A stretch of DNA of 64,000 bases from Selaginella moellendorffii. Its lineage: Eukaryota > Plantae > Lycopodiophyta. Position numbers and translations under genes: made by a program. The notes below the pieces were generated by a model. It searched no databases. It saw only the letters and a list, made by a program, of their open reading frames with translations, and was not told the DNA's origin. Location: the NCBI RefSeq assembly GCF_000143415.4, contig NW_003314309.1, positions 427,459 to 491,458 of the forward strand. The letters are read 5' to 3'. Below are positions 32,901-44,409 of this stretch, one piece after another. Numbering within the stretch: position 1 is the first letter of the stretch; each line of letters begins with the position of its first letter.

Positions 32901-35303
32901 ATGCCATGGAGAGTCTAAAATATGGAATTGTCCATGTTAGACTATATGGTAATTGGAAAGCTTGCAAAAAGGGAGGCCTTAGCAAGCTAAGGGACAGAGT
33001 GCCTTCAAGGTTCCCAAAGAGGATTCTAGGTAGCTTAGTACCTAGAAAGGCCAAGCGTAAATGGTTCAAGGAACGCGCGAAATCAGAGTGGCGCAGCAGA
33101 AGCGTGGTCTTGAAGCTTGCCATGAAGCAAGGCTATTAAGGTTAGGGAAGTAGTTCCCAAGTGTTCAAAGAGAAGGCTTTGAATGAAAGTCGATGATCAA
33201 GGGCTTTCACGCTTGTGCAAGAACCATGTTACAGTGGTCGAAGGATTTGCCAAAGCGAGATTGGCAAGTTAGGGGAACAAATACCCTAGTTGAAGGTGAT
33301 AACTTCAAAAAGGGTGGGCCATGGGGCCAAGCATGGAGGAGTCCATGCATGATCACAGGCCTGTCAAGTGAGAGGACTTGGCAGTGGGGAAGAACTAGGT
33401 TCCTAAGTTGTGATTTATAGTGTGCTTTGAGTATAAGTTGGTGCACCGGCATGGGGAGTCACGCCAGGCATCCTGGGTGATGCCGTTCGTAGATGCATAT
33501 ACGGAGGTTGGGTTCGAGTCCCGACCCTCTAGTGCTTGGGTTCGAGTCCCAAATCACTAGGGCGTGGTGATGGTTTGGAATATGAGGACACTCATATTTC
33601 GGTGGTCATGGACTCTCAGTGGGGAGACTGGTTTGGGCACACCGCCAAGCGAGGGATGCCTCGGAGTCGTGATGCACGGTTAGATTGCTTAGTGTGAAAG
33701 CTCGGCATATCTAACTTGAACGCTTTGGTGCAAGTGGCACCAAGGACGTGGTGAGTGAGATGGGGACACCTAATCTCAGTTGCTATGGACCCTTGGCCGG
33801 AAGGGCTGGCTTGGGCGCACCGCCAAGTGTGGGGGATGCCTCTGGGGTCGTAGTTAACAAGTTAAAGGTCTGGAAGACCTAGTACCTATTGGCAAACCTG
33901 TTAAGGTGCCGAGGTGAGATCACTAGGTGATCTTGTGGCTAAATAAGGACAAGGTCCTTGTTTGGGTTAAGGAATAAGGTTTTTAGTTCAAAGTGTTGAT
34001 TTGAACTATTGATGATGGTGTGGCTTGGTCAAGGTGACCAAGTGGGAAAAGCACCTTAGGGAAATGAGCTATGTCATTGCGATGGCATAGTGTGTCCAAG
34101 GAAAGTAGTCCCTAAAGAGACCCATGAGAGGGTCACAAAGTTGGGCCGAGGATAGAGCCCACAGCAGAAGATGCTAAAAGAGACTTACTAGGGGTGAACA
34201 CCCTAGTCTTGGCAAAGTAGAGCCTTTGCTATGGAATCAAAAGCACACCTCAAGGAGGGAGGTAGAGATTCGATGTTGCTTGGTGCAACAATCAATGGAT
34301 AGGAGCAAAAGATGAGTGGCCAAGATAGGGCCGTGGAATTCCTTAGAAGGAATCCAAGTGACAAAGTTAGGCGAGGAACACTAATGTGTTGGACGCTAAC
34401 AAATTGCGGGAAAGGAAGTGTGTTTCCAAGGATGGATTCCGAATTGCTCCGATTTGGCGAAAGTGGAAGCTCCAAGGGAGGGAGCGGTAAGGTAGCCAAA
34501 TGATAGGGCGATGGACAACCCTAGCACAAAGTGTGATATATGGAACTTAGTGCCCAAGGTGGCACGAAATAGAAGAGAGGATGATGGTGCCCTCAAGTAA
34601 TGAACTTCCTAGGATAGGGAAGTGGAGTTGCACAATCTGTGCAATGCAAGGTGTTGGAGACACTTAGGAAATTGACTTCCAAAAGTCAAAAGAGTAAAAG
34701 TTCCAAGGTGCAAACATTCAATAGATGGAAATTGAGACTACTCGAGAAGGAGTAGTGGGATTGACTTAGAGAAGGGTCTCTAAGAGGTTTAGCGAGAACT
34801 AAACCAATAAAAGGAGAGAACCACTACATGTGGTCCAATCAGTCTCTAAGTTGGAGAGACTACCCTCCTTAGAGGATAGGCAAGGCATGGTGAGCCTTTG
34901 GTGTCAAACCATTGAGGCATATGCAAAAGGCATGGTGAGCCTTCAATGTCAAACCATTGACAAATATTGGCTAGGTGCCAAGGATGGAAATAGTAACACA
35001 TGCGAGTGTTACTTTACAAAATGGTTTACCGTTCGATGAGGACATCGAACTTCGTCTATGGGTGGTAGAGTTGTGAGACACAAAATCCCTAGGCCCCAAA
35101 GTGGAGCCGGAAAGGGTGCCACGTGGTAGTGGCTGAAGCGAGAGCCAAACGAGCGTAACACGTTTGGACCAAAAGCTCCGACTGGAAAAGTCAAGAGTGG
35201 GAGTGGAACTCCCAACGAAGTGCTCGAGGAACGAGCACGAAGCAAGCAAAAAGCGAGGCTCCAAAAAGGGACCCAAAAGGACCAACACATGACACGTGGA
35301 AGT

Positions 35304-35812
35304 GTCCGAGATGGACTCGAGTTGGAGTCCGAAGTGGAGTCTGAGATGGACTCGAGTTGGAGTCCGAAGTGGAGTCCGAGATGGACCCGAGTTGGAGTCT
35401 GAAGTGGAGTTCGAGATGGACCCGAGATGGAGTTCGAGATGGAGTCCAAGGTGGACCCGAGATGGACCCGAAATGGAGTCTGAGATGGAGTCCGAGACGG
35501 ACCCGAGATGGAGTCTGAGATGGACCCGAAATGGAGTCCGAGATGGACCCGAGATGGAGTCCGAGATGGACCCGAGATGGAGTCCAAGATGGAGTCCGAG
35601 ATGGAGTCCGAGATGGAGTCCAAGATGGACCCGAGATGGAGTCCGAGATGGACCCGAGATGGAGTCCGAGATGGACCGAGACGGAGTCTGAGATGGACTC
35701 GAGATGGAGTCTGAGATGGACTCGAGATGGAGTCCGAGATGGACCGAGACGGAGTCCGAGATGGAGTCCGAGAAGGACCCAAGATGGAGTCCGAGGTCGA
35801 GACCAAGACCGG

Positions 35813-35865
<53 letters not shown>

Positions 35866-35970
35866 GGACCGAGACCGAGACAAGGGCCAAGGCCGAGACC
35901 AAGCCCGAGTCCGAGTCCGAGTCCGAGTCCGAGTCCCAGTCCCAGTCCCAGTCCGAGTTCGAGTTTGAGA
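35304..35970 (+). repeat. Hexamer-based tandem array inside the 3' LTR of C
   Basis: Same unit structure as 29214-29965 but shorter. Confidence 0.95.
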
Positions 35971-38256
35971 GGGTGAAAGCCCAAAGCGTTCGTCTCCCAA
36001 ACCCTGGGGGGTTTGGTGAGCTCCAAAAGTATAGTAGGGGGAGGACTGTAGTGGAGCCAGTTTGGCCAGGAAAGGCCAGTTTGGCCCAGGAAGGCCGGAC
36101 CCAGTGTTGGGTGATGAGCTGCCCACTGGGAAGTCCAAGACTAGAGTGAACACAGACCGACAAGCGGGGTAGCTTGGTGAAGTGTTCAAGAGCCGGCTCT
36201 AGTTCCCCCGGGAGATCGACTCCAAGTGTGTTTGGCACTACCTACTTGGATACCTGGTGTGGCTCAACGGAACCCGCTCTAAGCCCATGGCTAGAGCACC
36301 CAAGGGCAGAAGGCGAGGAGAGTACCCAGGTGGCTCGCGTAAGGCCACGGTGTTCCGAAATGTTGTCCCAAAGGCCTAGACTGTGGAAAGGAAGAGGAGC
36401 AGTCCTCTGGGGTAGTGACCAAGGACACAGTCGTGTGGTGAGGAAGTCCCAGAGGACCGTGGGACTTAGTGGTCGGGCCTGTGGGTCTCGATCCAGTGGC
36501 AGTGTTGGCAAACACGGCCAGGGGCAGGAAGGGACTTAGTGGGGACTGACAGAGGGATATTGGGGAAGGCTATTCCCCTTGTCGGTGGGCATCCTAAGGA
36601 TGCTAAGGAGTGGATCTGAGATGACCACTCACGGATGGTTTGCCTAGTCTTGGAGAGCCAAGACGGTGATGCAAGTGGTATTGGACTACCAGTGTGGCAA
36701 AGGTGATTGGGCATGGCCTTAGCGTAACGGGCTGCTATGTCGATGGTACCTTTGAGTGTCGGTCATGGGATCGGACACGTGGAGCACTTGGACCAAGTGC
36801 AAATGTTGAGTGGCATGGATGCCATTCTTGGGGCTAGCAAGCCCCAAGTCTTGAGTTGGACTTATGGAGGTTGTGAATGAGACTCCTCCAAATGGTCGGA
36901 GGTGTGGTTAAGTGACTAAAGTAAAATGGAAAATTTAGTCGCTTACAGTTAAAAGATGTTTGGGCTTCATATGGAAGTGATCCATTGGCGAAGGCAATCT
37001 TATGCTGTGTAGGGTTGTTGAAGCAGAGCCCTGGTAGCGACGCAGCAAAAGTTGCTAGTCGCACTAATGTGAAGCTTCACTTCTCAGTTCGGGATGGGCT
37101 TATATTCTATAAGCAAGAAAGATTGTATCTTCCCTCTAAGGATCTTCAGCAATTATTTTTGCGAGAACATCATGATGTTCCGGCAGCGGGACATGGTGGG
37201 AAGCAAAAGACTCTAGCTTCATTGAAAAAGGGATTTTTTTGGTCTGGTATGGAAGGTGATGTAGCGGATTATGTCTGTTCCTGCCCTATATGCCAGCAAT
37301 GTAAGTGCAGAACTGAGAAGCAAGCTGGAAAGTTGCAGTGCATTCCAGCACCGGCATGGCCATTTCAAAGTGTGACACTTGATTTCATCACTTGCTTGCC
37401 GAAGTTTAAGGGTTATAATACTTTGATGGTGGTTGTTGATCGGTTGTTGAAGATTGCACACTTCATTCCAACTGTGGGAACAGTGAATGTGAAACAAGTA
37501 GCAAAGCTCTTTTTGCATGAAGTAGTGCGAGTTCGTGGTCTTCCTGAAGAGATGATCTTGGATAGAGATTTGGGGTTTATGGGGAAGTTTTGGGGCACAC
37601 TATTCCAGCTGTTCGGTACCAAGTTGAAGTTTAGTATGGCTTATCATCCTCAGACTGATGGGCAGACCGAACGCGTGAATACTCAAGTTGAGGATTATCT
37701 GCGGTACTATGTTGCGGCGGACCAACGCGACTAGGTTGAGCATTTGGATACAGCAGAAATATGTTATAACAACACATTTCACAGCGCTATAGGCTGTTCT
37801 CTATGGGAGCTGCTGCAAGGGAGTGCTCGTGGGGTTCCTCAACAAATTGTTGTACCGAAACCAATGTCCGAAGTGTTAGTCCCAGCCGTTGAAACTTATG
37901 CAGAGCAGCTACGCCAAGGTTGGTCTAGAGCTACTAAGGCGATGGGCAAAGCTCAGGATAGGTATTGACGTGATAAGGATCAGCATCATCGGGATGTATC
38001 CTATCAAGTGGGAGATCAGGTGTGGCTATCTTCCCGGAACTTGAACATTAAGGGATCTTTGTCTCGGAAGTTATTACCGAGATATGTTGGACTTTATCGG
38101 GTGTTGAAACACATTGGTGATGTATCCTATCGATTGGATCTTCCTGCGGAGATATCCCATGTTCATAATGTATTTCATGCCAATCTTTGGGCTCCTTACA
38201 CTATCGATGTTGCGCAATGAGGGAAGATTCGTCCGCCACCAGATGTTGTGGACGGT

Positions 38257-38436
38257 GAACCAGAATATGAAGTTGAAGCTATCTTGGATGCTCAGTCTCG
38301 AAGACAGGCTCGTATGAAGGAATATCTAGTTAAGTGGAAAGGTTACCCGACTTGTGAATCAACTTAGGAACCTCTTAGTAATCTTACATATGCTCGTGAG
38401 CTTGTCACGGAGTATGAGAATAGTAATAGAGACTAG
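38257..38436 (+). pseudogene. Integrase-terminal group I chromodomain of element B
   Basis: Manual translation: EPEYEVEAILDAQSRRQARMKEYLVKWKGYPTCEST*EPLSNLTYARELVTEYE (TGG>TAG at the conserved Trp). Confidence 0.9.
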
Positions 38437-41400
38437 TTTTTGTAAAAACCTTGTAATAAATCTTGCAAATCAATAAAGTAATATATTTCTATCAATCAAC
38501 GTGTCGTTTCTCTTATTCGTTCGTACTTGGGTCAGTTTTGGTAGGCTGACTTCGGCACTTCGGTGCATGGGTCCAATCCATAACCATGGGGATAACTATT
38601 ATAGACTGATCACAAGTCCCTGCCTCTCTCTCGATGACTCACTTTTGAAAAGGGGCGTGGTCGTGTAAACAACTTAATCTGCCAGTTTATAATAGTTGCC
38701 TAAATCTTCCCGACGGGGTTGATTTCTTGCTCAGGGGCAGTTGGGCCTCTGGCCTTCTCCCTATGTCCCTGCGGGCAGGGATGTATCATTCCTTTGTAAG
38801 CTGAGTGGTACTCGGAGCAGCAAGGGTGGCCAACTCCGTTAGTCATTTCCTTGTCGGCGACGGCCGAAGGGTGTCTGAGTCTTAACGTCTTTGGACGTAG
38901 AAGAGAGGTCGTTCTATAACTCATTTAAGTCGGTGTGTTTCCCACATAGTGTGCTTTCCATTAACTTTCAAAGTTGTTTCCTTGACGGTTTGCTAGATTT
39001 GGGTATGCATCGACGATGACGTCGATCTTCCCCAAGGGGGGGGAGAGTGTTGCAAATGTGACTTCGGGTATCGAAAGATACTTGTCGACCAGTCCTTACG
39101 GACACTCTTTCCTTACTGCCATGACAGCAGGAGATCGGTACAGTTAGATCCCTTTAGTAGCCTCTTTTGTGCTAGTGGAGTTAACTGGGCATTTCGAGTG
39201 TACTTAGACCGGACGAGCATAAGGATGGAATTCCTACGTGCTATTAGTTAAGCATACTTAGCCCGGTAAGGAGTTCCCGTCTCGTTTTGTCTTGCACTTG
39301 CTAGTGACAAGAACCCTCGCATATTGAGACTAGTCCCTCAATATTGCTGAATGATAGCTTACCGTGTCTACCAAACACCCTCGCTATCATGCCCTTTGTG
39401 TTGGTCTCATTTCGGTCCCAAATGCTATTTATGGAATGTGTCTAGATTAGCTCATTTGGCATATCTATGGAATGTAGAGATCAGCCTGAACACAATAGTG
39501 TTCGTCCCGTGTCCAAATTCGCAATCTAGTGCCATTCCATATTTAATAAGTTTCGAGTTTGTCCCAGAGACTAACTCCGGATACTAAGGGAGGCTTGGGG
39601 TGAAAGCCCAAAGCGTGTGTTCCTCAAGAGGGGGGGCTATGGGGGGTTCCAAATGTATAGTAGGGATAGTGGTTGGAATGCATGTCTGACCACTTGAGAC
39701 ATTAGTTTGGCTTTTGCTGGGTTGTGTCACTCCTTGTTCTGCGTCCGACTTGGGTCTAAGCCCAAGCTCCACGCTGCTCTAGTCGATGGAGTACCCTCCT
39801 CCTCGCATTAGGCCACCGGTATGCCAAAATTGTGCTAGACTCTGTCTAACACCATTTTGCATGCAGGTGCTAGATACGGGGAGCTGGTGCTCTTAGGATT
39901 GTACCGGACCCTCATTTTGTAGCGTAACGGGCTTGGAGTTCAGCTCCAAATTCAGGTGTGCTACACTTATGGCTTATTACTACACATTAGACCAAAAAGA
40001 AGAGGATGCCTCAGTTGTAAATATCCAATTAGGCATCATATGTAATGAAAAGGTGTGCCTATACTCCTCAAGTTGTAACAATACACATGCCATATATCTA
40101 AAAAACTTTTGATCTTCAAACACCACACAAAGACATTTATGAATCTTGTATAACTCAAGCAAACACACCATTCAATAACTAAAGGATATTGTAAAGCCAA
40201 AGTCCACTAAAACTAGGATATTGATGTTATTAACCAATCTTAGAAAATAAACATAAATCTCTCAATCTTCCAATATAACATACGCATAGAGAAAGGCAGC
40301 AGGGCCAGAAGTACATGAGGGTTTGTGCATTGAGGCAGAAGGGCTTGTGTATTTTTTACAAAGCATTAGTTTGAGGAAATGAATATTATTTGGCATTTTT
40401 ATGATGATTGACAATTCATGACACTATACCCCTAATCTTAACAATCAAAATATGATTGGCAGCACCTCCAAGCACTATTACACCTGCCATAATCACTATC
40501 AGGCCTCTATACATGATCATGCTAGCCATGATCATTATTGCACCTCCATGCATAATTATGTATGCCATGGCATGCTAACTGCTCCTCTTCAACCTATTGC
40601 ACCACAATTCACAAGACAATCAAAAATTTCTATGGAGACAAAATATTATTCACCATAAAATAACCCAAGGTCATTTTGGATTATTAAGAACCTATATTTA
40701 TATGAATTTGACAGATTATGCTGACTTGCTGTCTATATCTATGGTATATTCTTTTATTTAGTTGCCTCAATATGGGCTGGTTGTCACCTCTCTTGTCATA
40801 AAGTTACTATAAGTGAGGTATGAAAAATCAATTAAGAATCAATGAGTAGAAGTAGTTACTTGTAAGGAAACTTTCCAAGCTCGTAGTGCTAGGGGCTGTC
40901 GACACTAGAATTTCCTCCTTGGGCTTAAGATCTAGCTTAGAGTCTTACTGAAGAGCATATAAGTTTATTTAAATTATTAAAGCTAATATTTCTAATAAAT
41001 ACTTCCTCTCTAGATTTTTGTAAAGTACTATCAAATTAATCTCATCTCAATCTTAATGATTACATTAGCTAATTTAAAAGGCATTTAACTAAAGCATTTA
41101 AGAGTTGTTATTAGGTATTCTTCATTTTCTTATTTACAAATTACTCATCTTAAAAAAGTATTCCTAACTCTCTATATTTGGATATCTAAAAGCATCCAAA
41201 ATTATTTTGCATATGCAAACTGAGGTTAAGTTTAGTAAGTTGGATGGGTATATTCTAATTCTTTCATTTAATTTTAATGCCCATTGAAAGCTCAAGCTAT
41301 TTCTTCTCACACAATCATGTCTTGATAATTTATATTGCATTCACAAGATTTACATACCCTCTCTTTTGTGAATTTATATAATTCTTTTCTTTGTTACCCT

Positions 41401-41487
41401 CCTTTCTTTTAATTATTAGTTGTTCACATTACTTTCTTTCATGAAAATTCACATTGATTATTCTAGCAATTTCTTTCTTTTAGTGTT

Positions 41488-44400
41488 TGTTATTAGAAAT
41501 TTTGAGGCTTAATGTGCTTGGCTACTTGTGTCTGTAGGGAGTGGAATTAAACCTTACATTCAGTTTAACCTAGGGAGGGGGATTGAGAAAGATTTTGAGA
41601 ATTCGTGAATGGATGACTAACACTTTGTTGCTCATGTAATGAGTACTTGAGTATAATAGGTGTGAACCCTAGAAAGGGAATTTAATAGAGGCCAACACAA
41701 AGGTGGTCAAATAAATAAGGTAAATTAACAAATTGGAAAAAGAAAATTTATGGTTTACAATTTGGTATTTAAGTTTTTTTCTTAGTTTTAGTAAAGTATA
41801 GAAGCGAATTGTTGAGAAATAGCTAAGTTAAGTGTAAGCGAATCAAGATAGAGACAAAACCTCCTTCGGAGATGGAACCTTTGGTCAAACAAGAAGTTGT
41901 GGATGAGAAATCCTTGCACAGTGAAGAAACTTCCAAATAAGAGTCTAGTGGCAAGGTTCAGTCATTCAAAGCTCAATTGGACATTCTAGAAGGACAAGTG
42001 GCAAAGACCAATACCTTGCTAGAGACCCTCATATGTAACCTAAAGTGTGACAAAAAGTGGAAGAAAAGTAAAAGATTATAGATGCTAACAATGTAGAAGG
42101 CGTGGACTTTATGGCGGGGACTGAAGTAGAAGTAGATAAAGTCAAACAAACTGAAATAGAGTCATTCCCCCAAAGAGTTCCTAAGTATAAACTAAAGCAT
42201 TGACAAATCTTCAAGGGAGTAAATAACTATAAAGTGGTGGAAGATTGGTTTTATGATATGAAAGATTACTTTCAAGCATTACAATTACTAAGCTTTAAAA
42301 AGGTTTTATGTGTACAGTTATACTTAGTAGATAATGCTTGGTAGAGAATGACAGAGGTCAACAAAGGATTGATGGCCACTTGGGAAGTGATGAAGGCGAG
42401 GATTTATGCAACATATGTTCCCCCAAATATTACTCTACATCTAAGGGATGAGTTGAGTAAGTTGAAGTAGACAAAAACCATTCAAGAGTGTGTGAATGCA
42501 TTTTGGCCAAGTAAATCCTTGTCACAGATATGGGTGATATAGATGTGTTTCATGCCTTCATGTTAGGCTTGCAGACCTGGGCTTGGGGCAAGGTGATGCA
42601 CTAAAATCTGACCAATATAAGGAAGCATTGGATACAATGATCAAGGTGTATATTAATGATAACTTATGGGTTTGGGTCCACATTTAGCAAGGGAGTTAAA
42701 CTAAGAGGGACATATAGAAAAGGAAAATTTAGAAAGAGTTTCTCTAAGAATGAATCCTCAGGGTTTTCGAAAGACTTTGAATCTTGCTTGTTGAAGTACC
42801 TTATTAGTGCTTTGGCTATCTTGAACAAACTCTATAGTCCTTGGTTCTCCCAACTATTGCACTGTTAGTTAGGTTTGCTAAACTATGTTTGTAACTACAA
42901 AATTATTTGAAGCACCCGTGTCAATAAGGATCTTGACAAAGCTACTTTTGAGTTTCCCTTGGAGGGCTAATAAATATCATGAATGACTTTCTACCAAAGT
43001 TGTTCGTGTAATGAGTAACTTTGAGTTAGGAACTGGATCATATACCTTAATTTGGAAGTCACCCAATTTAATGACTCTATTGACTAGCTTTCTTCGGGTA
43101 GGGACATTTTTTCGAAAAGTGTTCCACTTCACCGCAATTATAGCATGTATTGTTCCCCATACTACTACTAAACTTGGTTTTCTTATCAGTGGGTTTGTCC
43201 CTTTTCATTTGACTCCCTCACATACTTACCCTTTAGCTACCAGATTTGGATATAAAAAGTGGACATAGATTTCACTTTTTTGGACATAGTAGGATTTGAT
43301 GTGATCTTTGGGATGGATGGGTTCAATTGGTTATGGTAGCCTTGCATAGATAAGATAGAAACTTAGTGGTATTGGCAAATGCTTGAGGAGAATAATTTAG
43401 AGTGAAAGCTTAAAATCTAAAGGTAGAGCAATGTAAAGCTAAAGACTCATGTTTGAACCTCATGTCCATAAGAGGATAACTCACTAAAACAACATTTTTA
43501 TGCTTACTTTTAATGGGGAGTAATAAAGAGACAAGAATAAATGAAATGTTTTTAGTGATTTAATAGGTGTTAGACCAATTCGAGATACCACGCTAGAGGA
43601 ATTACCAATAGGGTTGCCTCCTACTTTGTTGATAGAACATAAAATTAAGTTGGTCGAGGGTGTTAAGGCAATGATTTATCCCCTCTATCAGTTGAATAAA
43701 AAGGAACTCTATGAGCTCAAATACCAATATGAGGAGGTAGTTGATAAAGGATAATATGTTAGGTTGAGAAGTTGTTATATAGGGCATCAGTGTTATTTGT
43801 GATAGAAAAAATGTGCATATTTAGACTACCATTTGCTCAACAAGTATATGAAGAAGAACAAATACCCTTTATCAAGGATTGTGAACTTGTTCAATAGGTT
43901 GGGAAAGGTAAAATATTTCTCAAGAATTGATCTAAAGTTAGGATACTACTAAATCAAGGTAGTAGAAGATGTTGAGAAGACAACTTATTAGACAAGGTAT
44001 GGGAGCTTTGAGTTCCTAGTGATGCTTTTTGGGTTGTGCAATATACTAGCAATGTTCTCAATGTTAATGAACCACATCTTTGTACCCTATCTAGATTACT
44101 TCATGGTCATCTACATTGACAATATCCTAATCTATAATAAAATGTTAGAGGAGCATATCAAACACTTGACAAATGTGTTTAAAAAACTAAAGGAACACAA
44201 GTTATATGCTAAAAAGAGAAAATGTAACTTTGCTTAATAAGAGGCAAAGTTTATTGAGCATGTAGTGGGCAAGGGCAGGCTCAAAATGAACCCTAAGAAA
44301 GTCTAAGTGATCCAAGAATGGGAATAACTATCCAATGTACATAAATTAAGGGTGTTCTTGGGGCTTATCAAAAGTTTATAAAAAAAACCCTACTTTTAAC
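41488..44400 (+). mobile_element. Degenerate Gypsy family D copy 1 (LTR 3' part, gag, RT), 3'-truncated, with an internal inversion
   Basis: LTR end ...GGTTTACA at 41759 then TTTGGTATT (PBS relic). Gag relic at ~41870-42760. RT relic with YIDNILIY...KLYAK at 44019-44237. Confidence 0.8.
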
Positions 44401-44409
44401 AAATTAAAT

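Larger units (their letters stand above)
28982..36947 (+). mobile_element. Non-autonomous LARD-like LTR element, family C (~8.0 kb), nested in B
   Basis: Near-identical LTRs at 28982-30958 and 35072-36947 (TGTGAG...CTTACA). 5-bp TSD GTTAA. Perfect iMet PBS TGGTATCAGAGC at 30962-30973. PPT GGGTGGTAGAG. The 4.1 kb interior has no recognisable gag/pol motifs in the ORF track. Confidence 0.92.
24665..39965 (+). mobile_element. Ty3/Gypsy chromovirus, family B (Galadriel/Galahad- or Tcn1-like), interrupted by element C
   Basis: LTRs at 24665-25590 and 39048-39965. 5-bp TSD CTTAT. Degenerate iMet PBS (TTTAGTATTAGAG). G-rich PPT at 39034-39047. Gag with CFHCGESGHRSSEC, PR IDTGATH, RT YIDD and RH CDAS at 25731-28981; integrase and chromodomain at 36953-38436; several C>T or G>A stops. 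Confidence 0.95.

Noticed and set aside
39966-41480. Possible genes in the AT-rich spacer (ORFs 39980 and 40452)
   Set aside because: Short, low-complexity and without domain signatures or clear splice structure; likely decayed repeat DNA.
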